From Candidatus Omnitrophota bacterium (GTDB lineage: Bacteria; Omnitrophota; Omnitrophia; Omnitrophales; Aquincolibacteriaceae): a stretch of 45,171 nt of DNA. The notes under the pieces were generated by a model. The model was given only the letters and a program-made list of their open reading frames with translations. It was not told the DNA's origin and searched no databases. Positions 9,309-17,832 of this stretch are shown one piece after another. The position numbers and the translations under genes are program-made. Numbering within the stretch: the stretch's first letter is position 1; each line of letters opens with the position of its first letter. The stretch is from the NCBI GenBank assembly GCA_043803685.1, contig JAZDJU010000106.1:1-45171 (forward strand). The letters run 5' to 3'.

Positions 9309-10951
9309 AATTCCACTATTCGCGTCAGGGTTTGAACAAAAAGGAAATGTTCCTGCAGCGTTTCTTTGAAGTACTCCCGGGACTGACAAGCTGGGCCTTG
9401 CTTTTGGGAGTCGTGACCTTGTCGGTTTGGGCGCCCCTGGTCGCCGCGATCGCCGTCATCGCTTTTATGCTAGCCTGGATCCTACGGCTTTTCTATCTGA
9501 CGATCTTTCTCCTGTTTTCTTACGTCAGGCTTTCGGTCGAGAAGAACACGGATTGGCTGGCACGGATCCGCGGGATGGACCGGTTCGAGGCCTATCTTGA
9601 AGAAATGCGCGGGACGCCTCGCGGAAATGGCTTGTATGAACGGGCTTCTCAATGGCTACACTCCAAAGACATGAGGCGTTTGAAGAAGTCGGGGAATCTG
9701 CCGCCATGTTCTTCAGAGATCTTCCATCTCGTGGTGATCCCTGTGGTCAAGGAGTCTCCGGAGGTTGTAGAAGCGAATGTTCTGAGCGTTGTTCATAATG
9801 GGGTCTTCCCGAAACAAACCGTTATGGTTCTTGCCGTGGAAGCCAGGGCGGAAAGGTCCATCCGGGACGGGATGGCTCAACTTGCGGGAAAACATCGGGA
9901 TCAGTTCATGGAATTTCTGCTCGTGGAGCATCCGGACGGTGTTCCGGGCGAGGCTCGTGTGAAGGGCGCCAATACGAGCCATGCCGCAAGGGCCGCGGCA
10001 AAGTATTTCGAAGATCGCAAGATCCCGTTCGAAAATGTGATCGTCTCCTGTTTTGATGCGGATACGGTGGTGGTCCCCAATTATTTCGCCTGTCTGACTT
10101 ATTGTTTTATGAATTGTCCGGATCGTCACCGCGCGAGTTTTCAGCCTGTTCCTGTATTTCATAACAACATTTGGGAGGTCCCTGGTTTCGCGCGCGTGGT
10201 CGAGACCGGCTCTTCTTTTTTTCAATTGATCGAAACGACAGACCCCGAAAGGCTTGTGACCTTTTCGAGCCACAGCATGAGCTTCAAGGCGCTCGTGGAG
10301 GTTGGTTATTGGCCCGCGGACATGATTTCGGAAGATTCCGGGATCTTTTGGAAATCCTATCTTCACTTTGACGGCCGGTATCAAGTCGTTCCGATTCCGA
10401 CCACTCTTTCGATGGATATCGTGGATGCGGGTTCCTGGTGGGGGACGGTTGCGAGTCTGTACAAGCAAAAAAGGCGATGGGCCTGGGGTGCCGAAAATTT
10501 CCCGCTTGTGATGCGTGGGTTCCTTGGGAATAAGAAAATTCCCTTTCACGACAAGCTTCAGCACGGGTTCAAACTTTTTGAGGGACAGATCACTTGGTCG
10601 ACTTTACCGTTCCTGCTGACTTTCGTGGGATGGCTTCCCGTCATCTCTTCCGGTAATGAATTCGCGAACACGGTGCTCTATTACAATGCCGGTCGTTTTA
10701 CGCAGGCCATTTTTGGACTCTCGACGGTCGCTCTTGTGAGTACGATCATGATGAGTCTGTGGCTTCTGCCCAAGAAAAAGAAAAGGTTCCCGCTATTCTG
10801 GACCCTGATCCACGGATTGGAGTGGTTCCTCGTGCCCTTCATTCTTGTTTTCTTGAGCGCTATGCCCGCTTTAGACGCTCAGACGCGACTTATGCTCAAT
10901 AGGCGAATGGAGTTCTGGGTTTCAGATAAGCGAAGAAACTTGAACCCATAA
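9305..10951 (+). CDS. Membrane-embedded GT2 glycosyltransferase (processive-type motifs)
   Basis: KGAN, FDAD, SED and QKRRW motifs with flanking TM helices; ATGA-coupled to the PEGA gene. Confidence 0.85.
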   Translation: MKFHYSRQGLNKKEMFLQRFFEVLPGLTSWALLLGVVTLSVWAPLVAAIAVIAFMLAWILRLFYLTIFLLFSYVRLSVEKNTDWLARIRGMDRFEAYLEEMRGTPRGNGLYERASQWLHSKDMRRLKKSGNLPPCSSEIFHLVVIPVVKESPEVVEANVLSVVHNGVFPKQTVMVLAVEARAERSIRDGMAQLAGKHRDQFMEFLLVEHPDGVPGEARVKGANTSHAARAAAKYFEDRKIPFENVIVSCFDADTVVVPNYFACLTYCFMNCPDRHRASFQPVPVFHNNIWEVPGFARVVETGSSFFQLIETTDPERLVTFSSHSMSFKALVEVGYWPADMISEDSGIFWKSYLHFDGRYQVVPIPTTLSMDIVDAGSWWGTVASLYKQKRRWAWGAENFPLVMRGFLGNKKIPFHDKLQHGFKLFEGQITWSTLPFLLTFVGWLPVISSGNEFANTVLYYNAGRFTQAIFGLSTVALVSTIMMSLWLLPKKKKRFPLFWTLIHGLEWFLVPFILVFLSAMPALDAQTRLMLNRRMEFWVSDKRRNLNP

Positions 10952-10976
10952 CCCATTTTAAATAAACGGGTTATGG
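10946..10976 (+). terminator. Stem-loop at the GT2 3' end
   Basis: CCATAACCC 10946-10954 pairs with GGGTTATGG 10968-10976. Confidence 0.45.
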
Positions 10977-11042
10977 ATTAATTGAGTCGTTTTGCGTCGC
11001 TTTTTTATTTATCAAAAAGACTCTAAAAACTCCCCAACTCAT

Positions 11043-11071
11043 TTGACAAGGGGTATTTCCGAACGTACACT
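11043..11071 (+). promoter_or_regulatory. Sigma70-type promoter
   Basis: TTGACA (11043-11048), 17 bp, TACACT (11066-11071). Confidence 0.75.
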
Positions 11072-11367
11072 CCCTTGTAGATGTTGATAACGACATAGTG
11101 AGGTGAAGCCCGAAATAATCCCAAGATTCTTAGGGGTAGCACTGGAAGCAGTACGCTTTCTGGTGACGTGGAAATTAAATAAAAGACGTCTTTGAGTTTT
11201 AAGTGATGGCCTGTGATCGCAGGGTGTTGCTTGGAACTTTGAGGCGTTTTTTTTACCCTTTCGAGTTTTTTGGAGTCTTTGGGTGATGGCACGGATAACG
11301 CCTCACAAAAGCCCGAGAACCTAGGGGCCGTGCCGCAAAAAAGAAGTAACAAAAGGAGATGAAACAC

Positions 11368-11658
11368 ATGAAGAGTAAACTGGTAGTGAGTCTTTGGGTG
11401 ATCGCGATGATGCTTTGCCCGGCTTTTGCGTTCGCCGCTGAGCAGGATCCCATGGCTGTGGATGAAACAGTCCTGGTGGCGGAAGATGCGGCGACCGGCA
11501 ATGTGGTTGCTGAGGCTGTCGAAGTTGATGAGCTCTATGCTCCGGAGACCGCCAAGGAAATCAAAGCTGAAGCAAAGGAAGCAATCGAAGAAGTAAAAGC
11601 GGAAGAAAAAGAAGCGTTGGAGGAGTTGAAGGCAGAAGAGAAGGAAGAAAAGATGTAA
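11368..11658 (+). CDS. Small secreted Glu/Ala-rich protein with 11-mer helical repeats
   Basis: SD AGGAG at 11354-11358, Sec signal ending AFA-A, acidic mature part ending KEIKAEAKEAI/EEVKAEEKEAL/EELKAEEKEEK. Confidence 0.8.
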   Translation: MKSKLVVSLWVIAMMLCPAFAFAAEQDPMAVDETVLVAEDAATGNVVAEAVEVDELYAPETAKEIKAEAKEAIEEVKAEEKEALEELKAEEKEEKM

Positions 11659-11690
11659 GAATGGCTTCCTGTCCCTCCGGACAGGGGCAT

Positions 11691-11820
11691 GATCGCCTAA
11701 TACCCGGGATTCCGGGAAACGGGAAAGAATAAAAGGTGAACCGGGCTTCTTCAACGAAGCGGGCGGGCTAATCTGCGGTCCGAACCAGCAATAAATTAAT
11801 CCCGTCGGCGTTGCAGATTG
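11691..11820 (+). ncRNA. c-di-AMP (ydaO/yuaA-type) riboswitch
   Basis: Colinear ydaO landmarks: ATCGCCTAAT, CCCGG/CCGGG stem, ACGGGA, GGTGAACC, GGGCTAATCTGC, GTCCGAACC, TAATCCCGTCGGCGTT. Pseudoknot AATCTGC (11770-11776) with GCAGATT (11813-11819). Confidence 0.8.
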
Positions 11821-11839
11821 TTTTCATGGATAGCAAGAC

Positions 11840-11873
11840 GAAGGGCTGGCCTAAGGGCCAGCCCTTCCTGTTT
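11840..11873 (+). terminator. Terminator-like hairpin (riboswitch expression platform)
   Basis: GAAGGGCTGGCC-TAAG-GGCCAGCCCTTC, a perfect 12-bp stem followed by CTGTTT. Confidence 0.7.
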
Positions 11874-11957
11874 ACGAAAAGTCTCCCCAAAATCGTTCTT
11901 TTCTGATTTAATACCGTCCTCTTTCAACCCCACTCATGCGAAAAAGGGAACTCTCAT

Positions 11958-12887
11958 ATGTCGGACTTCATGGCTTGGTCGATCTTTAGCGGTATCGTCT
12001 TCATTCTGCTGGCTTTGGATCTCGGCGTTTTTCACCGCAAGGCTCATGAAGTCAAGATGAAGGAAGCGCTCATCTGGAGCGCCGTTTGGATCGCCGTAGC
12101 GCTGCTCTTTAATCTGGGAGTTTATTTTGTGAAAGGGCGGGAGCTAGCGGTCCAATTCCTTGCCGGGTACCTTCTTGAGAAATCCCTGAGCGTGGACAAT
12201 CTCTTTGTTTTTCTTCTCGTTTTTAATTATTTCCATCTTCCGGCTCGATTCCAGCATAAGATCCTTTTCTGGGGCATTATGGGAGCCCTTGTGTTTCGGG
12301 CCATCTTCATCTTTTTTGGCCTGAGCCTCCTGCACTATTTTTCCTGGATGATCTATGTTTTTGGGGCGATCCTGGTCTGGACCGGTCTCAAGTTGGCGTT
12401 TGAAAAAGATAAAAAGGTGGAGCCTGAGAAAAATGTTTTCGTGAAGCTCTTTCGCCGTTTTTTCCCTCTGACCCAGGACTATCATGAAGGGAGCTTTTTT
12501 GTGAAGCTCAGCGGAGTTCTTTATGCGACGCCCATGATCGTGATCCTGCTAGTCGTGGAATCCACGGACATTGTGTTCGCGGTCGATTCGATCCCCGCGA
12601 TCCTGGCCATCTCGAGAGACCCGTTCATTGTCTTCACCTCGAACGTCTTTGCGATCCTTGGCCTGCGAGCGTTGTATTTCGCCTTGGCCCAGTTAATGAA
12701 GCTTTTTCATTATTTACATTACGGGCTTTCCCTCATTCTGGTCATGATCGGTATCAAAATGATCGTCTCTCATTTTGTCCACATTCCGACGGTCGCGACC
12801 CTGGGTTCGATATTATTGATTTTGGCGCTGTCGGTCGGTGCGTCTATGATCTGGCCCGCAAAAGAGGGGGAGTGCAAGAACTGTTGA
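11958..12887 (+). CDS. TerC/Alx-family membrane protein
   Basis: GYLLEKSLSVDNLFVF, DIVFAVDSIPAI and TSNVFAILGLRALYF motifs. Confidence 0.95.
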   Translation: MSDFMAWSIFSGIVFILLALDLGVFHRKAHEVKMKEALIWSAVWIAVALLFNLGVYFVKGRELAVQFLAGYLLEKSLSVDNLFVFLLVFNYFHLPARFQHKILFWGIMGALVFRAIFIFFGLSLLHYFSWMIYVFGAILVWTGLKLAFEKDKKVEPEKNVFVKLFRRFFPLTQDYHEGSFFVKLSGVLYATPMIVILLVVESTDIVFAVDSIPAILAISRDPFIVFTSNVFAILGLRALYFALAQLMKLFHYLHYGLSLILVMIGIKMIVSHFVHIPTVATLGSILLILALSVGASMIWPAKEGECKNC

Positions 12888-12922
12888 TTGGCTGAACCGA
12901 TCGAGGGAATTTTTTTGCGCAT

Positions 12923-12962
12923 AAAAAAACGCCCTGCCGCTAATAACGGCAGGGCGTTTTTT
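12923..12962. terminator. Bidirectional intrinsic terminator between terC and hppA
   Basis: AAAAAAACGCCCTGCCG-CTAATAA-CGGCAGGGCGTTTTTT. Confidence 0.9.
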
Positions 12963-12986
12963 ATTGACGTTTCTTTCCGATCAGGA

Positions 12987-15455
12987 TTATTTGGCTGCTT
13001 TCGGGATCTCAAGCTTCGGGATCCGCATCTTGTAAAAGGATCTCCAAACAAAGACTAGCCCCGCGACCAAAAAGACGATGCCGCTGATGCGGGTGGTTGC
13101 CGGGTTCATCTTGATCGCGATCTCGACGGCAAGCATGCCGAAGAGTGTCGAGAACTTGATGATCGGGTTGAGGGACACCGAGGTGGTATCCTTGAAAGGA
13201 TCTCCCACCGTATCGCCGATGACCGTTGCGGCATGAAGTGCCGTGCCCTTCTCTCCTAAATCGACCTCCACGACCTTCTTGGCGTTATCCCACGAACCGC
13301 CGGCGTTAGCCATGAACATGGCCTGGAAAAGGCCGAAGGTGGCGATGGCGATGAGGTACGCGATAAAGAAAAAAGGGTCGAACATCGCGAAGGCGAGCGT
13401 GAGCATCAGCAGCCCGAGGAAAATATTCCACATGCCTTTTTGGGCGTACTCGGTACAGATCTTCACGACCTGGATTGAATCCGCGCGATCGGCTTCTTTC
13501 TTATCGAGATTCAGGTTTTTCTTGATGTACTCGACGGCGGAGTAGGCCCCGGTGGCCACGGCTTGGATCGAAGCGCCGCAGAACCAGAAGATCACCGCAC
13601 CGCCGCAAAGGATCCCCAAGAGGATCGGCGCGGCCGTGAGGGACAGCTTCGCGTTCAACATCATTTCTCCAACATTCTCGGGGACCAGAGCGCCCACTCC
13701 CGCGGCCGCAATTGCGCCGGCTTGAAGATGATGCTGGAGAAGCAGGATGATCGAAAAGATCATCGTCGTCGCTCCCGCGACGGCCGTCCCGATGAGAACG
13801 GGCTTGGCGGTAGCTTTAAAGGTGTTGCCGGCCGAGTCATTGGCTTCAAGGTAGTGCTTTCCTTGTTTAAAATCGGGTTTGAATCCGAAATCCTTTTCGA
13901 TCTCTTTCTCGATCCCGGGGATCGACTCCGTTTGCGCGAGTTCGAAGATCGATTGAGCGTTATCCGTGACCGGTCCGTAGGAATCGACCGCGATGTTCAC
14001 CGGCCCCATGCAGAGAAAGCCATAGGCGACGAGACCGAACGCGAAGACCGAGGCGTGGGGCATGATGTTCTGAAGGCCAGTTCCCGAGATCAAGTAGGCC
14101 GCGAACATGAGGGCCGCGATGAGAATGCCTTTCCAGAATGCCGAAAAGTAGCCCGCCACAAGACCCGAGAGGATCGTGAGCGACGCCCCGCCTTCACGCG
14201 AAGCGGTGACGATTTCCTGGACATGTTTGGAATGGGAGGATGTAAAAGCCTTCGTGAATTCCGGAATGAGGTAAGCCGCCAAAGTGCCGCAGGTGATGAT
14301 CGAGGCGAGCTTCCACCAGAGTGTCGGATCGGGGAGATCCCCAACCAAAAGGTAAGACATCCCGAATGAAGTGCTGATGCACAGCGCGGAAGCGATCTGG
14401 ATCAGGCGCGTGAGCGGTTCTTCGAAATCGAATTCTTTTAAGCCCTTGTACTTACGCTCGGAAATGGCTTGGTTGATGAAGTAAGCCGCTCCCGACATGA
14501 AGTCCATCAAAAAGCGCATGGCGAAAATCCATACGATGAGCTTCGCTTGAAGCGAGGGATCTTTGACCGCGAGGGTGATGAACGAGATCAGCGCGACACC
14601 CGTAACGCCGTAGGTCTCAAAGCCGTCGGCCGTCGGTCCCACCGAGTCGCCGGCATTATCGCCCGTGCAGTCGGCAATGACGCCGGGATTACGCGGGTCA
14701 TCCTCTTTAACGTTAAAGACGATTTTCATGAGGTCGGAACCGATATCGGCGATCTTGGTGAAAATGCCGCCCGCGATGCGCAGAGCGCTCGCCGCAAGCG
14801 ATTCTCCGATGGCAAATCCCAAAAAGCAGTACCCGACGATGTCGCGCGGCACGAAGAGCAGGATGATCACCATCATCACCAGTTCGACCGAGATCAGGAA
14901 AAGGCCGACGGACATTCCGGAACGCATGGGGATATTGACCACATCCCAAGGCTTTCCGCGCAAGGAGGCGAACGCGGTTCTGGAGTTCGCATAGGTGTTA
15001 ACGCGGATCCCGTAATACGCCACGAGAGTGGATCCGGCCATACCCACGACCGAGAAAAAGAGAACCAGTCCCAAGGTGGCAAGAGGCTCATGCTTGAGTC
15101 CCAGGAAGTAATAACTCATTGCGGAGGCAATGATCGCAAAGAGGATCGTCAGGAACTTGATCTGCTGTTTGAGGTAGGTCTTGCAGGTTTGGAAGATCGT
15201 TTCCGAGACGTCGAGCATCGACTTATGAGCGGGAAGGGCCTTTACATTATAGAACTGGTAAAGGGATAAACCGACCGTTCCGAGGATCACCATCGCTCCG
15301 TAAAGGAGGATCTGGAAGCCTGAAAGACCTCCGAACATAGCGAAGTGCCCCTCATGGAGATCCGGGATCTTCAGGTCCGCTTCACTGGCCCATGCGGCGG
15401 TTTGCCCCACAAAAAGCGAGGCGAGAATAAAGAATCGCGTCCAAAGTTTTTTCAT
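12987..15455 (-). CDS. hppA: Membrane-bound ion-translocating pyrophosphatase, K+-independent type
   Basis: GGIFTKIADIGSDL, EDDPRNPGVIADCTGDNAGD, DSYGPVTDNA, GDTVGDPFKDT; Lys in GNTFKA. Confidence 0.95.
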   Translation of the reverse strand: MKKLWTRFFILASLFVGQTAAWASEADLKIPDLHEGHFAMFGGLSGFQILLYGAMVILGTVGLSLYQFYNVKALPAHKSMLDVSETIFQTCKTYLKQQIKFLTILFAIIASAMSYYFLGLKHEPLATLGLVLFFSVVGMAGSTLVAYYGIRVNTYANSRTAFASLRGKPWDVVNIPMRSGMSVGLFLISVELVMMVIILLFVPRDIVGYCFLGFAIGESLAASALRIAGGIFTKIADIGSDLMKIVFNVKEDDPRNPGVIADCTGDNAGDSVGPTADGFETYGVTGVALISFITLAVKDPSLQAKLIVWIFAMRFLMDFMSGAAYFINQAISERKYKGLKEFDFEEPLTRLIQIASALCISTSFGMSYLLVGDLPDPTLWWKLASIITCGTLAAYLIPEFTKAFTSSHSKHVQEIVTASREGGASLTILSGLVAGYFSAFWKGILIAALMFAAYLISGTGLQNIMPHASVFAFGLVAYGFLCMGPVNIAVDSYGPVTDNAQSIFELAQTESIPGIEKEIEKDFGFKPDFKQGKHYLEANDSAGNTFKATAKPVLIGTAVAGATTMIFSIILLLQHHLQAGAIAAAGVGALVPENVGEMMLNAKLSLTAAPILLGILCGGAVIFWFCGASIQAVATGAYSAVEYIKKNLNLDKKEADRADSIQVVKICTEYAQKGMWNIFLGLLMLTLAFAMFDPFFFIAYLIAIATFGLFQAMFMANAGGSWDNAKKVVEVDLGEKGTALHAATVIGDTVGDPFKDTTSVSLNPIIKFSTLFGMLAVEIAIKMNPATTRISGIVFLVAGLVFVWRSFYKMRIPKLEIPKAAK

Positions 15456-15717
15456 ATGTCTCCGGTTAAACTAATAACTCAAGTCTCGTAGATCTTCGGG
15501 GGGATGACCAAGAAACGCAGGACCCAAGCTAATAATTGTTTGTTGTTGAGGTTCAATAACGTTCCAAAAGGATTTATACCTCGGATGGGTGCCTATGATA
15601 GCGTAACGCCAGAAAAAAACCATCCAATTTTTTAGATGGGACAAAAATGGGGGGGGTGGGAAAGAAACAGGTATCTATTGAATGTCTTTTTCCTTCTGCT
15701 ATTATTAAAAACCTTCT

Positions 15718-17445
15718 ATGGCACTTATGATCAAACGGGTCGAAAGACCCCGCGAACTCAAATGGTATCACGCCGGCGCCATGCTCTATGGCGACTGGGG
15801 CACTTCCAAGGCCTATGTCCTAGGGATCGCCTTTGCCCTCGCCGGCCATGCCTCCTGGTTCTTCCTCGGCCTCATGTCGCTTCTCATGATCCTGATCGGG
15901 GTTTGCTACATGGTCGTTTGCCGCATCTATCCCGACGGGGGCGGTGTATATTCCTCGGTGAAACAGCGGTCCCAGACTTTGGCGGTGATCGGCGCTTTTC
16001 TTTTGATCGCGGATTATGTGGTGACCGCTTCTTTAAGTGTTCTCGACGCTTTCCACTATTTTAATGTTCCGAATCCCGAACTCTGGGCGATCGGCGCGAT
16101 CCTGGGGATCGGCGCTTTGAGCTGGGTCGGGCCTTCGAAAGGCGGGACGATCGCGACCGTGATCGCCGTGGTCGCATCACTCACCGCATTGATCCTTTTT
16201 GCCTTTACCATCCCGAGTCTTTCGCATGTTCAGCTGACGATGCCGGTCGGCGGGTTCATGAAGAATTGGCCCGTTTTTGTCGGGATCGTTCTGGCGCTTT
16301 CCGGCGTGGAGGCCATCGCGAACATGACAGGGGTGATGGTGGAGCCCGTCAAAAAGACATCCCGTCGCGCCATTCTTCCTGTCATGGTCGAAGTAGCGAT
16401 CCTGACATTCCTTCTCGGCGTTGCGATGAATGCCATCCCGGGCCTCAAAGGTCACACGGAAGATATGTTGCGCGCGCTTGGGAATCATTTCATTGGTCCT
16501 TGGTACGGGGCTGTCATTTCGATCGTCTTTGGGTGTCTGCTTCTTTCGGCCGGCAACACGGCGATCATGGGACTTGTGAGCATTCAGTTCGCGCTCGCCA
16601 AGGACCGCGAATTACCGCCTGTCTTCGCCAAGCTCAACCGGTTTGGCATGCCGAGTCTTGCTCTGATCGTGGCGACTCTTTTGCCGATCATCGTGCTTTT
16701 GGTGGAGAAAGACATCGTCCATCTCGCCGCTCTCTACGCGATCGGGGTGGTGGGAGCCATTGCGCTCAATCTCGCGACAAGTGCCACGAATTTTTCGATC
16801 CGGTTGAAGCTTTGGGAACGTGTTCTTTTAGCCGCAGGTGCGATCATCACGCTATTTATCGAAGTGACGATTGCGATTCAAAAACAGAACGCGCTGTTTT
16901 TTGTGATCACGATTGTTGGGGTGGGACTGGCGCTCCGTTATGCGGCCAAGATGATCGCGCCGGCCGTGATGCCGGAGCTCGCTTCCACGGTCAATCTGCT
17001 TACCGTGGCCGAGGCCAAAGAGCTGACGGGGCTTTACAAAAGTACGGCCTTCGTGGCGTTGAAATCCTTCAATCCGGTACTGCTTGAAGAGGCAGCTCTC
17101 CACGTGAAGGCCATGGGTGAGAATTCTGTTTATTTGGGTTACGTGGAAGAAACGCCTCCGACGCCGGAGCTTCCGACGGAAATGGAACCTTCGCGGGAAT
17201 CCGTGGAGGTGCTCGGTCAAGCTCAGGAAGCGATGGAAAAACTGGGCATTACGGCGGTTCCGATCTGGCAGGTGGGAGATAACCCGGGGCGATTGATCGC
17301 ACGCGCGGCCCAGGAACTCAACGTCAAAACCGTTGCGATCGGCGCCACCAAGCGTAGCGCTCTCATCAGTCTTTTGCGCGGCGACGTGTTGCGAACCCTC
17401 GCCCATAACCTTCGCAAAGAGTGCCATTTATTGATTGTCGGTTAG
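15718..17445 (+). CDS. APC-superfamily transporter (KUP/KimA-like) with C-terminal universal stress protein domain
   Basis: Multiple TM helices; TM1 LYGDWGTSKAY, YPDGGGVY and GVEAIAN; C-terminal GDNPGRLIARAAQELNVKTVAIGATKRS...GDV USP fold. Confidence 0.8.
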   Translation: MALMIKRVERPRELKWYHAGAMLYGDWGTSKAYVLGIAFALAGHASWFFLGLMSLLMILIGVCYMVVCRIYPDGGGVYSSVKQRSQTLAVIGAFLLIADYVVTASLSVLDAFHYFNVPNPELWAIGAILGIGALSWVGPSKGGTIATVIAVVASLTALILFAFTIPSLSHVQLTMPVGGFMKNWPVFVGIVLALSGVEAIANMTGVMVEPVKKTSRRAILPVMVEVAILTFLLGVAMNAIPGLKGHTEDMLRALGNHFIGPWYGAVISIVFGCLLLSAGNTAIMGLVSIQFALAKDRELPPVFAKLNRFGMPSLALIVATLLPIIVLLVEKDIVHLAALYAIGVVGAIALNLATSATNFSIRLKLWERVLLAAGAIITLFIEVTIAIQKQNALFFVITIVGVGLALRYAAKMIAPAVMPELASTVNLLTVAEAKELTGLYKSTAFVALKSFNPVLLEEAALHVKAMGENSVYLGYVEETPPTPELPTEMEPSRESVEVLGQAQEAMEKLGITAVPIWQVGDNPGRLIARAAQELNVKTVAIGATKRSALISLLRGDVLRTLAHNLRKECHLLIVG

Positions 17446-17514
17446 TCCCTTTTTGAGTATCCTATCGTTGTTGTTTTGCCCTTCACCAACTGAGTTTTTC
17501 TTAAGGAAGCGATC

Positions 17515-17832
17515 ATGAAAGCTGTTACGATCCTTGTCCTTTCTTTTATCCTGACGTTGCCGTTCTCGGGTGTTCTTCGTGCCGAATGGTTCGATGGAGA
17601 AGTCCAGAAGATCGATGCTCAGGCCAAGACCATCACGCTCAGCGAGATCGATCCCATCACGAATACGGAAGAAAAAAAAGAGGTTCTGGTCGATACCGCG
17701 ACCGTTTTTTTGGGCGTCAAGTCCCTCAAGGATATTCGCAAGGACGACAATGTTACGATCGAGGCCCAATACGATGAGCCGACCGATGCCTGGAAAGCCC
17801 TTTCCGTTGAGGTCGCCGAGGCCGGGGCTTGA
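17515..17832 (+). CDS. Small secreted OB-fold-like protein
   Basis: Signal peptide (LRA-E); GEVQKIDAQAKTITL...LKDIRKDDNVTIEA pattern. Confidence 0.65.
   Translation: MKAVTILVLSFILTLPFSGVLRAEWFDGEVQKIDAQAKTITLSEIDPITNTEEKKEVLVDTATVFLGVKSLKDIRKDDNVTIEAQYDEPTDAWKALSVEVAEAGA

Noticed and set aside
11090..11200. M-box or fluoride riboswitch in the long leader
   Set aside because: Only short word matches (AGGTGAAGCC; GGTGATGG further downstream); the remaining conserved cores were not found.
11023..11754. 243-aa minus-strand ORF
   Set aside because: Antisense to the signal-peptide protein, its promoter and leader; low-complexity Phe-rich mirror translation.
11820..11957. yybP-ykoY Mn2+ riboswitch expected before terC
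   Set aside because: Only an isolated AGCAAGAC is present and the GGGGAGUAG 5' element is missing; the upstream RNA fits ydaO much better.
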